A stretch of 64,000 nucleotides of DNA from the human T2T-CHM13v2.0 reference genome, Homo sapiens, in assembly GCF_009914755.1 (NCBI RefSeq), contig NC_060931.1; one strand, 5' to 3'. Positions within the stretch are counted from its first letter, which is position 1; each line of letters begins with the position of its first letter. Shown here piece after piece: positions 50,827 through 64,000 of the stretch. Both the position numbers and the translations under genes were made by a program. The notes beneath the pieces are model-generated. The model searched no databases. It was not told the DNA's origin and saw only the letters and a list, made by a program, of their open reading frames with translations.

Positions 50827-51803
50827 CACCTATTTCATGTTTTAAACTGTGTTGAATGATATTATTATAATTTCAAGGTCCACATGTTCACAGCTGCTGT
50901 ATAGAAACGTTGTTGAACTTGGATTTTGTGGCTTTGCTGAACTCAATAGTTCTAGGATTTATTGTACAGATTCCTTGGTATTTTCTCTGTAGATGACCAC
51001 GTCATCTGTAGAGACAGTTTCTTTCTGTTGAATCTGTGTGACTTTTTTCTTGACCTACTGCCTGGGTTAGAACTCTAGTCTTGACTCTCGCCATGAGGTC
51101 TCCCTTGGCACCACCCAGCAGGAGGCTGAAAGGTACCTTATTGCAGCCTCTTTAGGGTGGGGGACTATTCTCCCCACTCAGCCTTTGTGGCTCAGGTAGG
51201 AGGTAGGAGTGGAGCCACTGTGTGTTCTGTGATGTTTGGCTGGAGTAGCCATTATCATCTAAAAGCACTCTGTCTTGCTAGGCTGCTCCTTTCTTCATCC
51301 ACTGGCTAAAGACAACCAGCTTTGTTGAGGGGTTGGGGGTTTTCTCTCTGTGCCAGTTATCAGCTTGTTCAGCACAGAGGCAACAAGAAAATCCAGAGAA
51401 CACAGGCTCATGTCATTCCATGTGTCCTGAGGTCCCTAGCCAGTCTCAGCCTTTCAGAATCTTCTACAGGTCTCTGTGGATTGGTATGTCATGGCTTGTT
51501 TTATATATGTATACCCCAGGGCTTCTGTGGGAACACAGTGGGAAGGAATAACAAAACGTGTGTCTACTTCATCTTCCAGGAGGGGAGGTCTCAGAGTTGA
51601 GGATATTTTGAAGATATTATCAGATATTTATTTCCTCATTCCTTGTTTTCAAAAAATGAGACCAAGTAAAATACTCATTTAGCAAATAATGTGGTGAGAT
51701 CATTTTGTGCAAGTGAGAATTGATGAATGTTCTTTATCATCCATACCTATTATATTCTGAGAACAAATCATTTCAGAAAGTGTTTATTTAAAGATTAAAA
51801 ATC

Positions 51804-52161
<358 letters not shown>

Positions 52162-54237
52162 TTATTCTTTCTAATATTACATAAGAAAATGTTTGATAAT
52201 TTGAATTTATAAAATTTATAGGTAAAAGGCAGTTGGATTTAAAAGCATATAATAATCAAAACGGAATTTGGTCACTTTAGGGTTTGTGTAAATCAGGAAT
52301 AGGCTTCTGGGTTAATCTTTCCGTCAACATAACAACATATATCTTGATTCTTATTCAGTGTTGCCATTGAATCCTTACAATATAAACCTGCTGTTATCAG
52401 GGAACTATATTACCTTTTTTAAAAAATCATTGTAATTGTAGCTAATGTTATAATTTTTCAACACAGATACTTATCTTTTAATGAAATTATGATTTGAGTA
52501 AGTGCAAAAAGATAAGGAAATGTCTCTTAATACAAAATGGCATGTTAATGTCAGTGAATAAACATCAATACTTAACCAAGTTCTCTAAAGCATTAATATA
52601 AACAGAGATGCAGTAGCTTATATGTGATTGCAATTTGAATTAATTTTGACATGTATCCTTCTAATAGCACTTTAAGTTTTATTTTTGAAGTGACTAAATA
52701 AGTATATTAGAACCGTTTCCCGAATCTTTGAATTCTGTGCCTTCTTTTTCACTTCTTATCTACATTAGAAAAGGAAAAGCCAATTTCCTTCCAGGATTTT
52801 CTCCTTGCTCAAGTTTACCCAAGAGAGAAGAGGAATGATATAATGATCAATAGACACTGCTGTTCCTATACTGTAATTATAAAAGTCTCTGATATTTATG
52901 TTCACATAAAGAGGGCAACCTTTGAAATGTGCCCTGAGGAAACATTAAAAATAGAAAGGGTATGGGACAGGACAAGAGAGCTGCAGAGAAAAAGAGAAAG
53001 GGAAAGAGAAACCAGCAGGGGAAAGACAAGAGCAGGAGAGGGGAAGAGGCAGGAAGAGGTGTTCGCAATCACAAGCCTGGGAATCGAACCAGGAACCCAG
53101 TCCCTGGAAGCTGAGGGTTAAGAAGGAAAAGGGGAAGAGAGATTAGTGTAGAGGATGAAAAGATAAGAATGACAAGGACCACCAACACCGAATCCTTCTT
53201 TATACCCTACAATAACAGGCATGCAGCAAAATTTTCTCTTTAGGGTGTGTTTCTTCCTGGAATCACATCCTGGGGTGTGTCTGCCAAAGTTACAGTTCTT
53301 GTTATTTCCCAGAAAAAGAACTGGTATTTCAAATCCAAGACCTCCTGGTAGGGCATTGCTAAGGGGATTGGTGTTTCTGGCTGGGCTTTTCCTGATCTGA
53401 CCCCCAATCTTCCCATGTCCCCACATCATGCAGTGAGAGAGGGCTTCTCAACCCAAGGGGCCATGTCAAGAGAACCTAGCTGGTTCACCAACCTGGTCAC
53501 AAAAACATTACACCTTCATTTTCACTAACTTGACTTTATGGGGTAATATCACTAAAGACTGATTCAGGAGCCTGAACTTCCCCAAAAGAGGCCCCCAGTC
53601 CATCCTTGTTGACCCCAGACCCCAACTCCATGTCAGTGAAGACCCTATTGGTACTGGGCCTCCACCACCCCCACACAGCAGTCTCAAGGAGCACACAACC
53701 ACAACTGCTATGGAAAATGAGGATAAGAAGTCAGGATTTTCCAGAGTTGGGGAGGATCTTTTTTTCCTAACTGCAATACAGACAAGATTTTAAAAACCAA
53801 AATAATAACCAGTGGCCTATATTTCTCATACTCTGAAATATAATAGCAACATTGTGGGAATAAAGCAGGAAAACATAGGACTACGTCATGTATTTTATCA
53901 CAGCTTGGAAACCTCAGTTCTAAGCCACTCAAAGAACAGGCAGCCACCTGAAAATTTAGGAGTACTGCCTCTCTCGCATCTTGCTGGAAATGTCCTGTCC
54001 AGGCCACAGGACACCAGAAAGAAAGAGATTAGTGGTTATTTAGTCCACCCCGAGATATATAGTCTAGAAGACTGGGAGGAGTGCATACACATTATATGTA
54101 GATTTTCATGCACTGAATTTTGTTGAAAAATTAGAGAATCCCTCATAGTTTGAGTATATTAGCTTTATTTCTTATTGATGAAACAGGTAGTGAACAAGGG
54201 AAGATTTTATCGTAAGGTTGGGCAGAGCTGTATTCTA

Positions 54238-54561
<324 letters not shown>

Positions 54562-57364
54562 CTAATTTGTTATAGGCTGAAATAATGGGACAGAGAGCAG
54601 ATGTCTTCAAATGTGCAGTCCCGGTTCTCTTTGTGTTCTGTGGAGAGATGTGCTTGGCCACAGCCCGTCAGGACTCACTATGGATTTGTACCTCGTCAGA
54701 GGGACACTTCGCCCCTGTGCCTTCTCTTTTGGAGGGGCACACCGGATAGTCACCTGCAGAGATACACTAGTCATTCCAGGGTCAGATGCAAAGCTGTATG
54801 ACTTTAGGTGTCCTCTAGTAGCACAGGAAGTTATAGGAACAGGGTCTGTCTCATCAAGCTCATTTCTATGCAACCCCAGATGAGTCTTTTGATGTAATTG
54901 ACCAAATACCACTTTTTACCATCAATCCATATCGTTGTCAAACATGATTCTTTCTACTGGAGCCACAAATTTGTTGACCTCTCTTTATCTAAAGTAAAGG
55001 AGGGAGGGCTAGTTGCCTCAACCCACCTTTGTTTTCTGCATAAACCAAGTGGGCTCTAACTGAATTTGTGTCCTAATGCAAACAGCACTTTTCCAGTTGT
55101 TGAGCAGGCTAGACCTAGGCCAGCTTCTGCCTGAGCAATGGTGAAAAGATAGGTTCCACCCAGAGGGGAGGAAGCTCCAGATGATGGGTGGAGGTGGGGC
55201 CAAGGTAAGTTCAGCCCTGCTGGGAAGCCACATCACCTCCTTTCCCTTGCCCTCAGGATCCTATGGTCCATGCAGAGAAATCTGAGCCCCAGGTACCCAC
55301 ATCAATCTCCACAGTAACCTAGGTCAGTGCTCTATCATTTAGGGTCACAATAGTAGCAGAGGGTAGAGTACTGACTGAAGCATTCATTTTCACCCTATCT
55401 AAAAGGCACTTCACAACTTTGAAGGCCAGGATTCTGCTAATGGAACAGGATTTTCCACCATGGAAAAGTCCCAAGAATTCATGCAAATACAAGGCAACTG
55501 AACTTTGAGGGACACAATCAGCTATGCCACAGGAGATTACGTTCTCCCATCTCACCCTTGGAACCAAGGGCACGAGAGTTCTGTCAGGTCAGAGAGTGGG
55601 CTGGACCCCAGAACTGAAATCAAGGAGGACAGAATCTCAAGGAATGGAGAGTAGTCTGACCTGATGGCTTCCTTTCATGCATTTTATGGCTTAGCAGGAA
55701 TGCATACATTTTAAGAGAATGGGGAAGATGCCTGCTTGCCTGCTACAAGAAAAGAAGTACTGGCTAATCTCTAGATGAGACTCATCATTCTTTTGCTGAT
55801 CCTCTTTTGCCCATCCTTACATCTCTCTTGATTCTGTCTTTTCACCCACCTCTGAGGAACTTGACCTAGTGAGCATGGCTAGTGATTCATTCTTGTAACA
55901 AGCCAGGCTGACGGAGCTCGAGGCACTACTAGACAGTGTACTGCCATATCCCCAGGCTCTGCTAAGCCTGCTTTCCCATCTGGGCTTTCTGTGTTTATTC
56001 CATTTCTTTCCTTCTGAGCAAATCCTCCATTTAAGAAGCAGAGGTGCACTCTTAAATCTGAGAATTTGAACAGGCTCTTCTCTTGTCTTGCTTTACCTCC
56101 TCCTTTTTTCCCTGTCCCATTTTTCCAGATGCTTGGAATGTTTAGACTTCCACACTCACACACAAAGCTGCCTCTTTGCAATCTCACTATAATTGCCTTA
56201 CTGGAGCAGCTATGCCTGCCCCGTCATTATTTCCAGTTAGATTATTCATTTTTAGTAGGCTGCCCTTTATTAACTCTGCACTAACCACCACTGACTGTCT
56301 ACACTCTTTCCTAGGAGAAATTTTATAAACAAACAACTCAAGCCTTGATGTGACAGCACAGGACTGTGAGGGAGGCCAGTGCCCTCTCCAGATCTCCCCA
56401 AAGCCCAGATGGTATCAAAAAAGGCTGCTGCTTCAACCCCTTCCTTGCCTGGCATCCTAGAGGTTGGGAGTCTTTTGTGCCTTCTTCCTTTTTCTTAGTA
56501 GGAAAGTCAAAAAAGGGGGTTTCCAAAACATGAGAAGGAATTAACAGATAAGAACAGGAAGGCAATTCTGTGTCCCCCTTCTCAGTAAATATACTGCTTT
56601 GGGATTTCTAAGGTCTATTCCCTCAGGGTTATAAGGGCTCCACAGAGAGACCTTGGAGCCAGATTGTCACCAATGACCCATCCATTCTCAGATTTAGTGA
56701 CCTCTAATATGTCCCAGGGGTGCTGTCCCCCACTCCTGTGATAACCCATTCCTCAGGACTGTGTTATCCACCCTACACGTCTCATGGCTCTCTCCAGCAG
56801 CTGGCTCAGGAAAACTCTCATGGCATCATTTGGTGCTGCCTAGACTCCTGATTCTAAGGTGAGAGGAGGCAGGAATCTTTGTCATGCCAGCTGCTTGTGA
56901 AGAGGTGAGTATGGTCTAGGGCGAAGTAGAGAAGTCTTGGTGCTGTGCTACAGCAGATAAACCAGGACGACATGGGATAAGCCTGGGAGTGACTATCATG
57001 GATGAAATAAGCATGTGAGTCTCCAGTGCTGAGCACTTTGGGCCCAGCACCACCTGTTTAAGAGGCCTCCTTCAGCTGGTCTCCCTCACAAGCAGAGCCT
57101 TGACACAGGCATTCAGATCCATCCAATAGCTTACTTGGGAGGCATGGTAGATTGCCAGCCACATGGCCACCAACAATTCTTTGAATCCCTGTGCAGACAC
57201 GCCACTCTTATCACCAAAAGATGGAGCCTGTTTCAGCTCTCTTTGAATCTGGGCTGGCTCTGTGACCTGTTTTGACCAATAACAAATGGCAGAGGTGGTG
57301 TTCTAAAAGTTTCTGGCCCAAGCTTTAAGAGCAGGTCCAGAAGGATTTCTCACAGCATTTTTTT

Positions 57365-57852
57365 AAAACATTTTGGGTTTTTTTTTTTGTTTGGTTGGTT
57401 GACATATAAAAATTGCATATATTTGTCATGTACAACATAATGTTTTTAAATATGTATACATTAAAGCAATATAATTAACATATACATTACCTCACATAGT
57501 TATCATTTTTTTCTGGTGAGAACACTTAAAATCTACTCTCAGCATTTTTCGAAAATAAAATGTTAGTAACTACAGTCACCATGATGTATAATGGATCTTT
57601 TGAAAGTATTTCTCCTGTCTAAATGAAATTGTGTATCCTTTGGTGAACCCTCCCCAACCTCCCGTCACACCCCTGCTAACCATCCTTCTCCTCTCCACAT
57701 ATATACGAGTTTAAACTTTGTAAGATTTCACATGTAAGTGAGACTATATGTGAATTACAGTATTTGTCTTTCTGTGCCTGGCTTAATTCACTGAACATAA
57801 TGGCCTGCAGTTTCATCCATGTTGTTTCAAACGACAGAATTTCTTTCTTCTT
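57365..57852 (-). mobile_element. L1MA 3' end fragment
   Basis: T-rich tail and L1MA 3' UTR (cattacctcacatagttatc...ggtgagaacacttaaaatctactctc). Confidence 0.8.
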
Positions 57853-57996
57853 TGTACTCTTGGGTCACTTACCTTCTCTTTGCATCCATTTGGACTCAAG
57901 CTGACAGGTAAAGAAGCTTGGGTTAGACCACAGTATGCTAAGAGATCTCAAGGAAAAGGCCCGGCCATTCCAGCTACCCAGTATTCCAGCCCTAGC

Positions 57997-58042
57997 TGAG
58001 CACTCCGATGGAGACAGTTTGAGCACTCCGATGGAGACAGTT
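57997..58042. repeat. Perfect 23-bp tandem duplication
   Basis: tgagcactccgatggagacagtt occurs twice in tandem. Confidence 0.95.
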
Positions 58043-58899
58043 GTGTGATTGAGCCTAGTTGACACCACATGTCCAGAAACACTGCCCAGCAGAGCCCAGC
58101 AAACCCACAGATATGAGAAATTGCTTAAGGCCATTAAGTATTGGGGTCATGTGTTGCATAGTAAGAGTTAACTGATCTAGGAGGTGATATAAGGAAGCAG
58201 TAGTTGGGGGACTGGGGGTGGGAAAGTAGAACTGGGGAGGGAAAGAGGCCAGTGAAGTGGGCATTGGTGAGCACTTTCCTTTCCTGCTGTGTGTAACTGA
58301 AGCTTGGTCTTCTGGAGAACTCTGGCAGACAGAGTTGAACATGCCTCAGTATTATCTAACTGGGAAATAGTAAGTGAAGTAATTCTTCTACCAACTGCCA
58401 TTGGTCATTGGGTGGGGATGCGACCTGGGAGATTACCTCTCTAGGATGTTGGCTTGCCTCAGAAAGAAAAAAGTACTCATGGTCATAGGTGGCATAGTAC
58501 GACTGGCATGAACAGGAACCGCAACTGCTAAGGAGATGTGGGTGGGAAGCATCAACTGCTTATCCCTGTAGATTTTAGGAATATTGTCCCATGGAAATAT
58601 GTGAAGAAGGGTTGCTCTCATCTCAGCTTGTTCATGGCTAAAGAAGTTAGAAATTGTCTTGAGACCATCTTGCTTGCTCCACCAGGGACTCTGCTCCAGG
58701 AACACAAAGTTGGGCTGAGAATGATACAGTCCCATGAGAACTGAGAGATTTTGATGTGAAAGCAGGACTTTTTCTGCATCTAGATGGGCAGTGAGCAGCA
58801 CCAAAGAATTCCTCACAGTATTTCTTTGTGTCTCTGGGCCACTTAGTTCTTATATCCACAGATGGCTGAAAACTGAAATTTAATAGCACAATACCATGA

Positions 58900-59410
58900 G
58901 AAGCACAGGAGAAACCAAACCCTGCCCAGGAGAATCAGAGATGTGTACTCAGCTGAAGGAGATATCCCAGATAACCATACAGGAAAGCAGCTACTCAGTG
59001 GCATAAGGAGGATGAAGAGGTCTGTCAGAAACAAGTTGGGTATTGTACTGCAAGACAACAAACCGAAGTGCAAGCCGGAAAGAAACATGAGGAGCTGAAT
59101 TAAGGAGAAATAGTAGTAAACTAAAAACATAATTTTAGAAAGTCAAATCCAAATTAGAAGTAGCTTACAGCATAGAGTATCTCTAATCAGCCTTGTGACA
59201 GAAGACATGTGAATCAAGGTTCACAATGATAATAATTTTTTTAATGCAAAGATGATAAAGGCAATAGAAAATATGAAATCTATGCAGTAGTAGCACTTCA
59301 CAAAAAAGAAACATGAATAAATCAATTAGAAACAATAGTTAAATTTAAAACATTTTTATGTCTGAAACAGATAGGTCTGAATCTGTAGATTAAAAGGGCT
59401 CCCATGTGCC
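58900..59410 (+). mobile_element. Old L1M ORF1-like fragment
   Basis: A-rich degenerate ORF1-like sequence ending gaatctgtagattaaaagggctcccatgtgcc. Confidence 0.45.
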
Positions 59411-59463
59411 GTGCATCTGCTTGCTCCCTGCCTGACGAGCTGCCCCGCCCCAACTTCTTGTCA

Positions 59464-60913
<1,450 letters not shown>

Positions 60914-60920
60914 AAAAAGG

Positions 60921-61050
60921 CAGTAGAGAGGAGTGGTTGAAAACACAGGCTGTGGCTTCCAGGGTTTGAACTAAAGTTCCTCCAGTTATTATGTGTGAAG
61001 GCCGTGGGCAGGTTCCTTTTCTTCTTTGTCCCTCTGTTTCCTCCTTTGTA
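60921..61050 (+). mobile_element. MIR fragment
   Basis: gagtggttgaaaacacaggctgtgg...gggtttgaac...gtgggcaggttcctttt...ctctgtttcctcctttgta. Confidence 0.55.
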
Positions 61051-61054
61051 CTTA

Positions 61055-63440
61055 ATATGATGTCAATCTTCTTAAATGCACTAAGACTTTACTTGTGACC
61101 TGACATGATCTATCCTAGAGAATGTTCCATGTGCACTTCAGAAGCATGTGTATGTTGTTGCTATTGGATAGAAAGTTCTACATATGTCTGTTACGTCCAT
61201 TGATCTAAAGTGTTCAAGTCCAGCGTTTCTCTATTGATATTCTACCTATATGATCGGTCCACTACTGAAAAAGGGATATTGCACTACTATTATTGTATTG
61301 CAGTTTACCACCCTCTTCAGATCTTTTAATATTTTCTTTATATATTTAGGTACTTAGATATTGGGTGCATATATATAATAGCAATTCCTTTAAGGCAGAC
61401 CTAATGATAATGAACTCCCTTAGCTTTTATTTGTCTGGGAAAGTTTTTATTTCTCTTTCATTTCAAAAAGACAGCTTTGCTGGATAAAATATTACTGGTT
61501 GGCAGGTTTTGTTCCTTCACCACACCACATTAAATATATGATCCCACTCTCTCCTGCCCTGCAGGATTTCCATTGAGAAATCTGCAGATAGTCATATTGG
61601 GACCCTCTTTTTATGTTGTGTATTATCTTTTACTGCTTTCAGAATTTTTTCTTTGTCTTTGATAGTTTATTATATGTCTTGATAACCTTCTCTTTGCATC
61701 GAATTTGATTGGAAACCTCTGTGCTTTCTCCAGATTAGAAAAGTTGTGAGCCATTGTTTCTTTAAATATGTTTTCTGGCCCATTTTCTCTTTCTTCTGCT
61801 TCTTAAAGATCCATTATGGGTTAGTTAGGTCTCTTGATGGTTTCCCATTATTCTCATAGCCTTTTTCATTCTTTTTTCTTTTTGCTCCTCTGCCAGAATA
61901 ATTTTACATGTACTAATTTTTTCTTCAGCTTCATCAAGGCTACTGTTGAAGCTTTCTATTATTACATTTCTCAGTTCAGTCATTGTATTCTTCATCTTTA
62001 GGATTTCTATTTATTGTTTCTATTTTTTGTCAAACTCATTTTATAAATGCATTGTTTTCCAAATTTTATTTAATTTATTAACCCATACTTTCTTGTAGTT
62101 CACTGAACTTATTTATAAGTATTATTCAAATTATGTTTCTGTTGTTTCATAGATCTCCCTTTCTTTAGAGTTCATTCTTGGATCTTTGTTAGTTTCTCTT
62201 AGAGGTGTCATGATTTTCTGAGTCTTTGTAATGCCTGTGTTGTTGCTTTGACATCTACACATTTGAGGAGGCTCCTTTTGCAGCTTTTACAAGTGTTCTT
62301 TGGCAGGGATAGTCCTTCACTATTTAGTCTAGCCTATGATTCTGGATAAGCCAGCTGGTAGGCCCTGGGCAGGAAGAGGTTGCTTTTAGTTTCTGTAGAT
62401 GCCTGGACTGCTGTCTTTGCTTTGGGTTTGGGTGGGAGACATGGCTGAGATCTGCTATTCAGCAAAACTACTGGCTGAGCTCTGCAATCAGGCTGAGTTG
62501 CTGGATGGGCCCTACAATCACCTCTGATTAAGCTGGCCATAGGGTGTATTCCCTGGCCAGGTGGCACTATTCTTTGGGTTCAGCAGCTGGACAGGATTGC
62601 AAGAGGGGCCCTGAGGTTAGGTGGAGTTGCTGATCAGAATGGATGGGACCAGTTTCTATGCACATTAGAAATGCATGTTTGAGTTTTGCCTCTCTGTCTG
62701 GGCTGGACCATGGAGTGGGCTTTGAGGCTTATCTGAGGGTTGTTTAAACTTCCAGGTGTGGCAGATCTAGCTCCTAATCTTTGCCAAAAATTGCTGCACT
62801 GGCCATCTCCCTCCCTGGCTAGGGCCCCAGGACAGGGTCAGAGCTGATCCTGGAGACTAGCTATCTAAGATTTTAAGCCACGTAGTACATCCCTCTACTT
62901 CTGAGAGTGACCAGCTCAGCTTTGCACGTGGGCCATGCTGTTAGCTGGTACCTCTGATCAGGAATCACTGCTGCCAACTACAAAGACTTACCACCAAGAT
63001 CTTCATAGTGGTTGTTGCTGCAGGCTCTACCTTCTCAGTTTGTTTCTACTCGACCCCAGGTGGCCTATCTGTGCCGTTCCTCACTGTGTTTCTCTTCAGA
63101 TGAGACTCAAGTGGGCTTCCTGGGAAGCATCTCAGAATGATAGAGTCTGGATTTCCACTTCCAGTTCTCTTTTTCCTCCATAGTAATCATGATCCTAGGA
63201 AATTCTCTCTGTGGTGCTGTGCCTTCTTGGGGGAGAGAGAGGTATAATGTGATGAAAGTGGGATTATTTCTCTTACCCTTTCCATGCATTTTTTTATATA
63301 TATACAACTCTGTTGACCATGGAGGTGACTCAGGCTTATTCCCAATTTCACCAAGATGTTCTTATCTGTATGTCATTGCTAGTTGAAATTTATGCAATGA
63401 GTAGCAAAGCTTTCTCTTTTACCGTTTTGCTGATATCCTG
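61055..63440 (-). mobile_element. Old L1M (L1M1/L1M2-like) 5' UTR, ORF1 and endonuclease fragments
   Basis: Reverse-strand L1 endonuclease-like (61055-61380), ORF1-like (61380-62250) and GC-richer 5' UTR-like sequence. Confidence 0.7.
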
Positions 63441-64000
63441 GTTCCTAATTTGCAATGGTGATATACTGCTATGCACCTTATTGAATTCTATGTATTAATA
63501 CTTGTAAAAATAATTATAACACTGCTGGTGCATAGTAAGCAGTAAATAAATGTTAGCTCTTATGATTTTGGGGGCACTGATATTCTGTTTCAGATGGAAA
63601 AACATATAGTTATTAGTCTACTAATTTTAGTATTCTGTTACCATCAGTGTTAAAATTAGTAAATATTACAGATGGGCTCTGGCCTAAAATATTCTCTATA
63701 CATTTTGGTACTATTTTGGAGACTACCTTTACAGTAATGATAATGATTATTATATTTTCATGAATATTCTAATGGAACATTTGGAAAGAGTAAATTAAAA
63801 ATATATTGTCTGATACTATATTCTGTTAATCCAAACCTTCCAAGTCAAGTTTTCAGCAAAACCATTAAGTAGAAAATACATGTCTTTATAATGTTCTTAT
63901 ACTACTCCCTCCTTTAAATATTTTTCCCAAAACATCATTTGGATAAATAATCTTCTCTTAACAATAAAGAACCTCTTGTTCTGCCATGTAACAGTTAATC

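Larger units (their letters stand above)
48320..51590 (-). mobile_element. L1MC-type LINE-1, internally deleted (3' UTR and ORF2 end joined to 5' UTR)
   Basis: 3' UTR begins at 48320 (taccctttacccagttccccccaatggtaacatcttgc). An L1MC-like 5' end lies at about 51080-51590 (reverse: ggaagatgaagtagac). Two MaLR LTRs are nested. Confidence 0.7.
57143..58179 (+). mobile_element. MLT1 (G/H-like) MaLR LTR with nested L1MA fragment
   Basis: gaatctgggctggctctgtgacctgttttgaccaataacaaatggcagag core, ending aactgatcta. TSD ggagg at 57138-57142 and 58180-58184. Confidence 0.75.
57060..58500 (-). mobile_element. LTR16-like ERVL LTR split by MLT1
   Basis: aagcagagccttgacacagg...ttacttgggagg continues as ggaggtgatataaggaagcag after the MLT1. 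Confidence 0.6.

Noticed and set aside
51534-51559. V(D)J recombination signal (cacagtg...acaaaacgt)
   Set aside because: The spacer is 10 nt, the nonamer is poor, it lies within an L1MC 5' end, and there is no adjacent V, D or J segment.
57866-57877. Strong minus-strand donor AAG/gtaagt
   Set aside because: It lies inside MLT1 at the L1MA junction, with no convincing partner acceptor.

Overview
Primate (catarrhine/hominoid-type) genomic DNA, AT-rich and repeat-dense, with no intact protein-coding gene, RNA gene or CRISPR array that I can support. Bases 1-26,300 are nested LINE-1s: an old L1, a full-length L1PA4/5-type copy, and a full-length L1PB-type copy carrying a twin-primed L1PA. Two MER11 solo LTRs, an Alu and an MSTA are inserted in them, most with readable target-site duplications (TSDs). 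Bases 26,300-52,800 mix unique sequence with old L2, L1M, MaLR, ERV LTR and hAT relics. The most interesting signal is at about 53.2-58.7 kb. There, seven plus-strand exon-like segments, read through frameshifts, give motifs in the order I recall for Maestro heat-like repeat (MROH) proteins, suggesting an ancient unprocessed pseudogene. Also notable: patchy sharing of private mutations, including a frameshift, between neighbouring L1PA copies; several fold-back hairpin scars at rearrangement junctions; and three small minus-strand exon candidates that join in frame. Repeat subfamily names and MROH motifs come from my recollection of consensus sequences, not from a database search.
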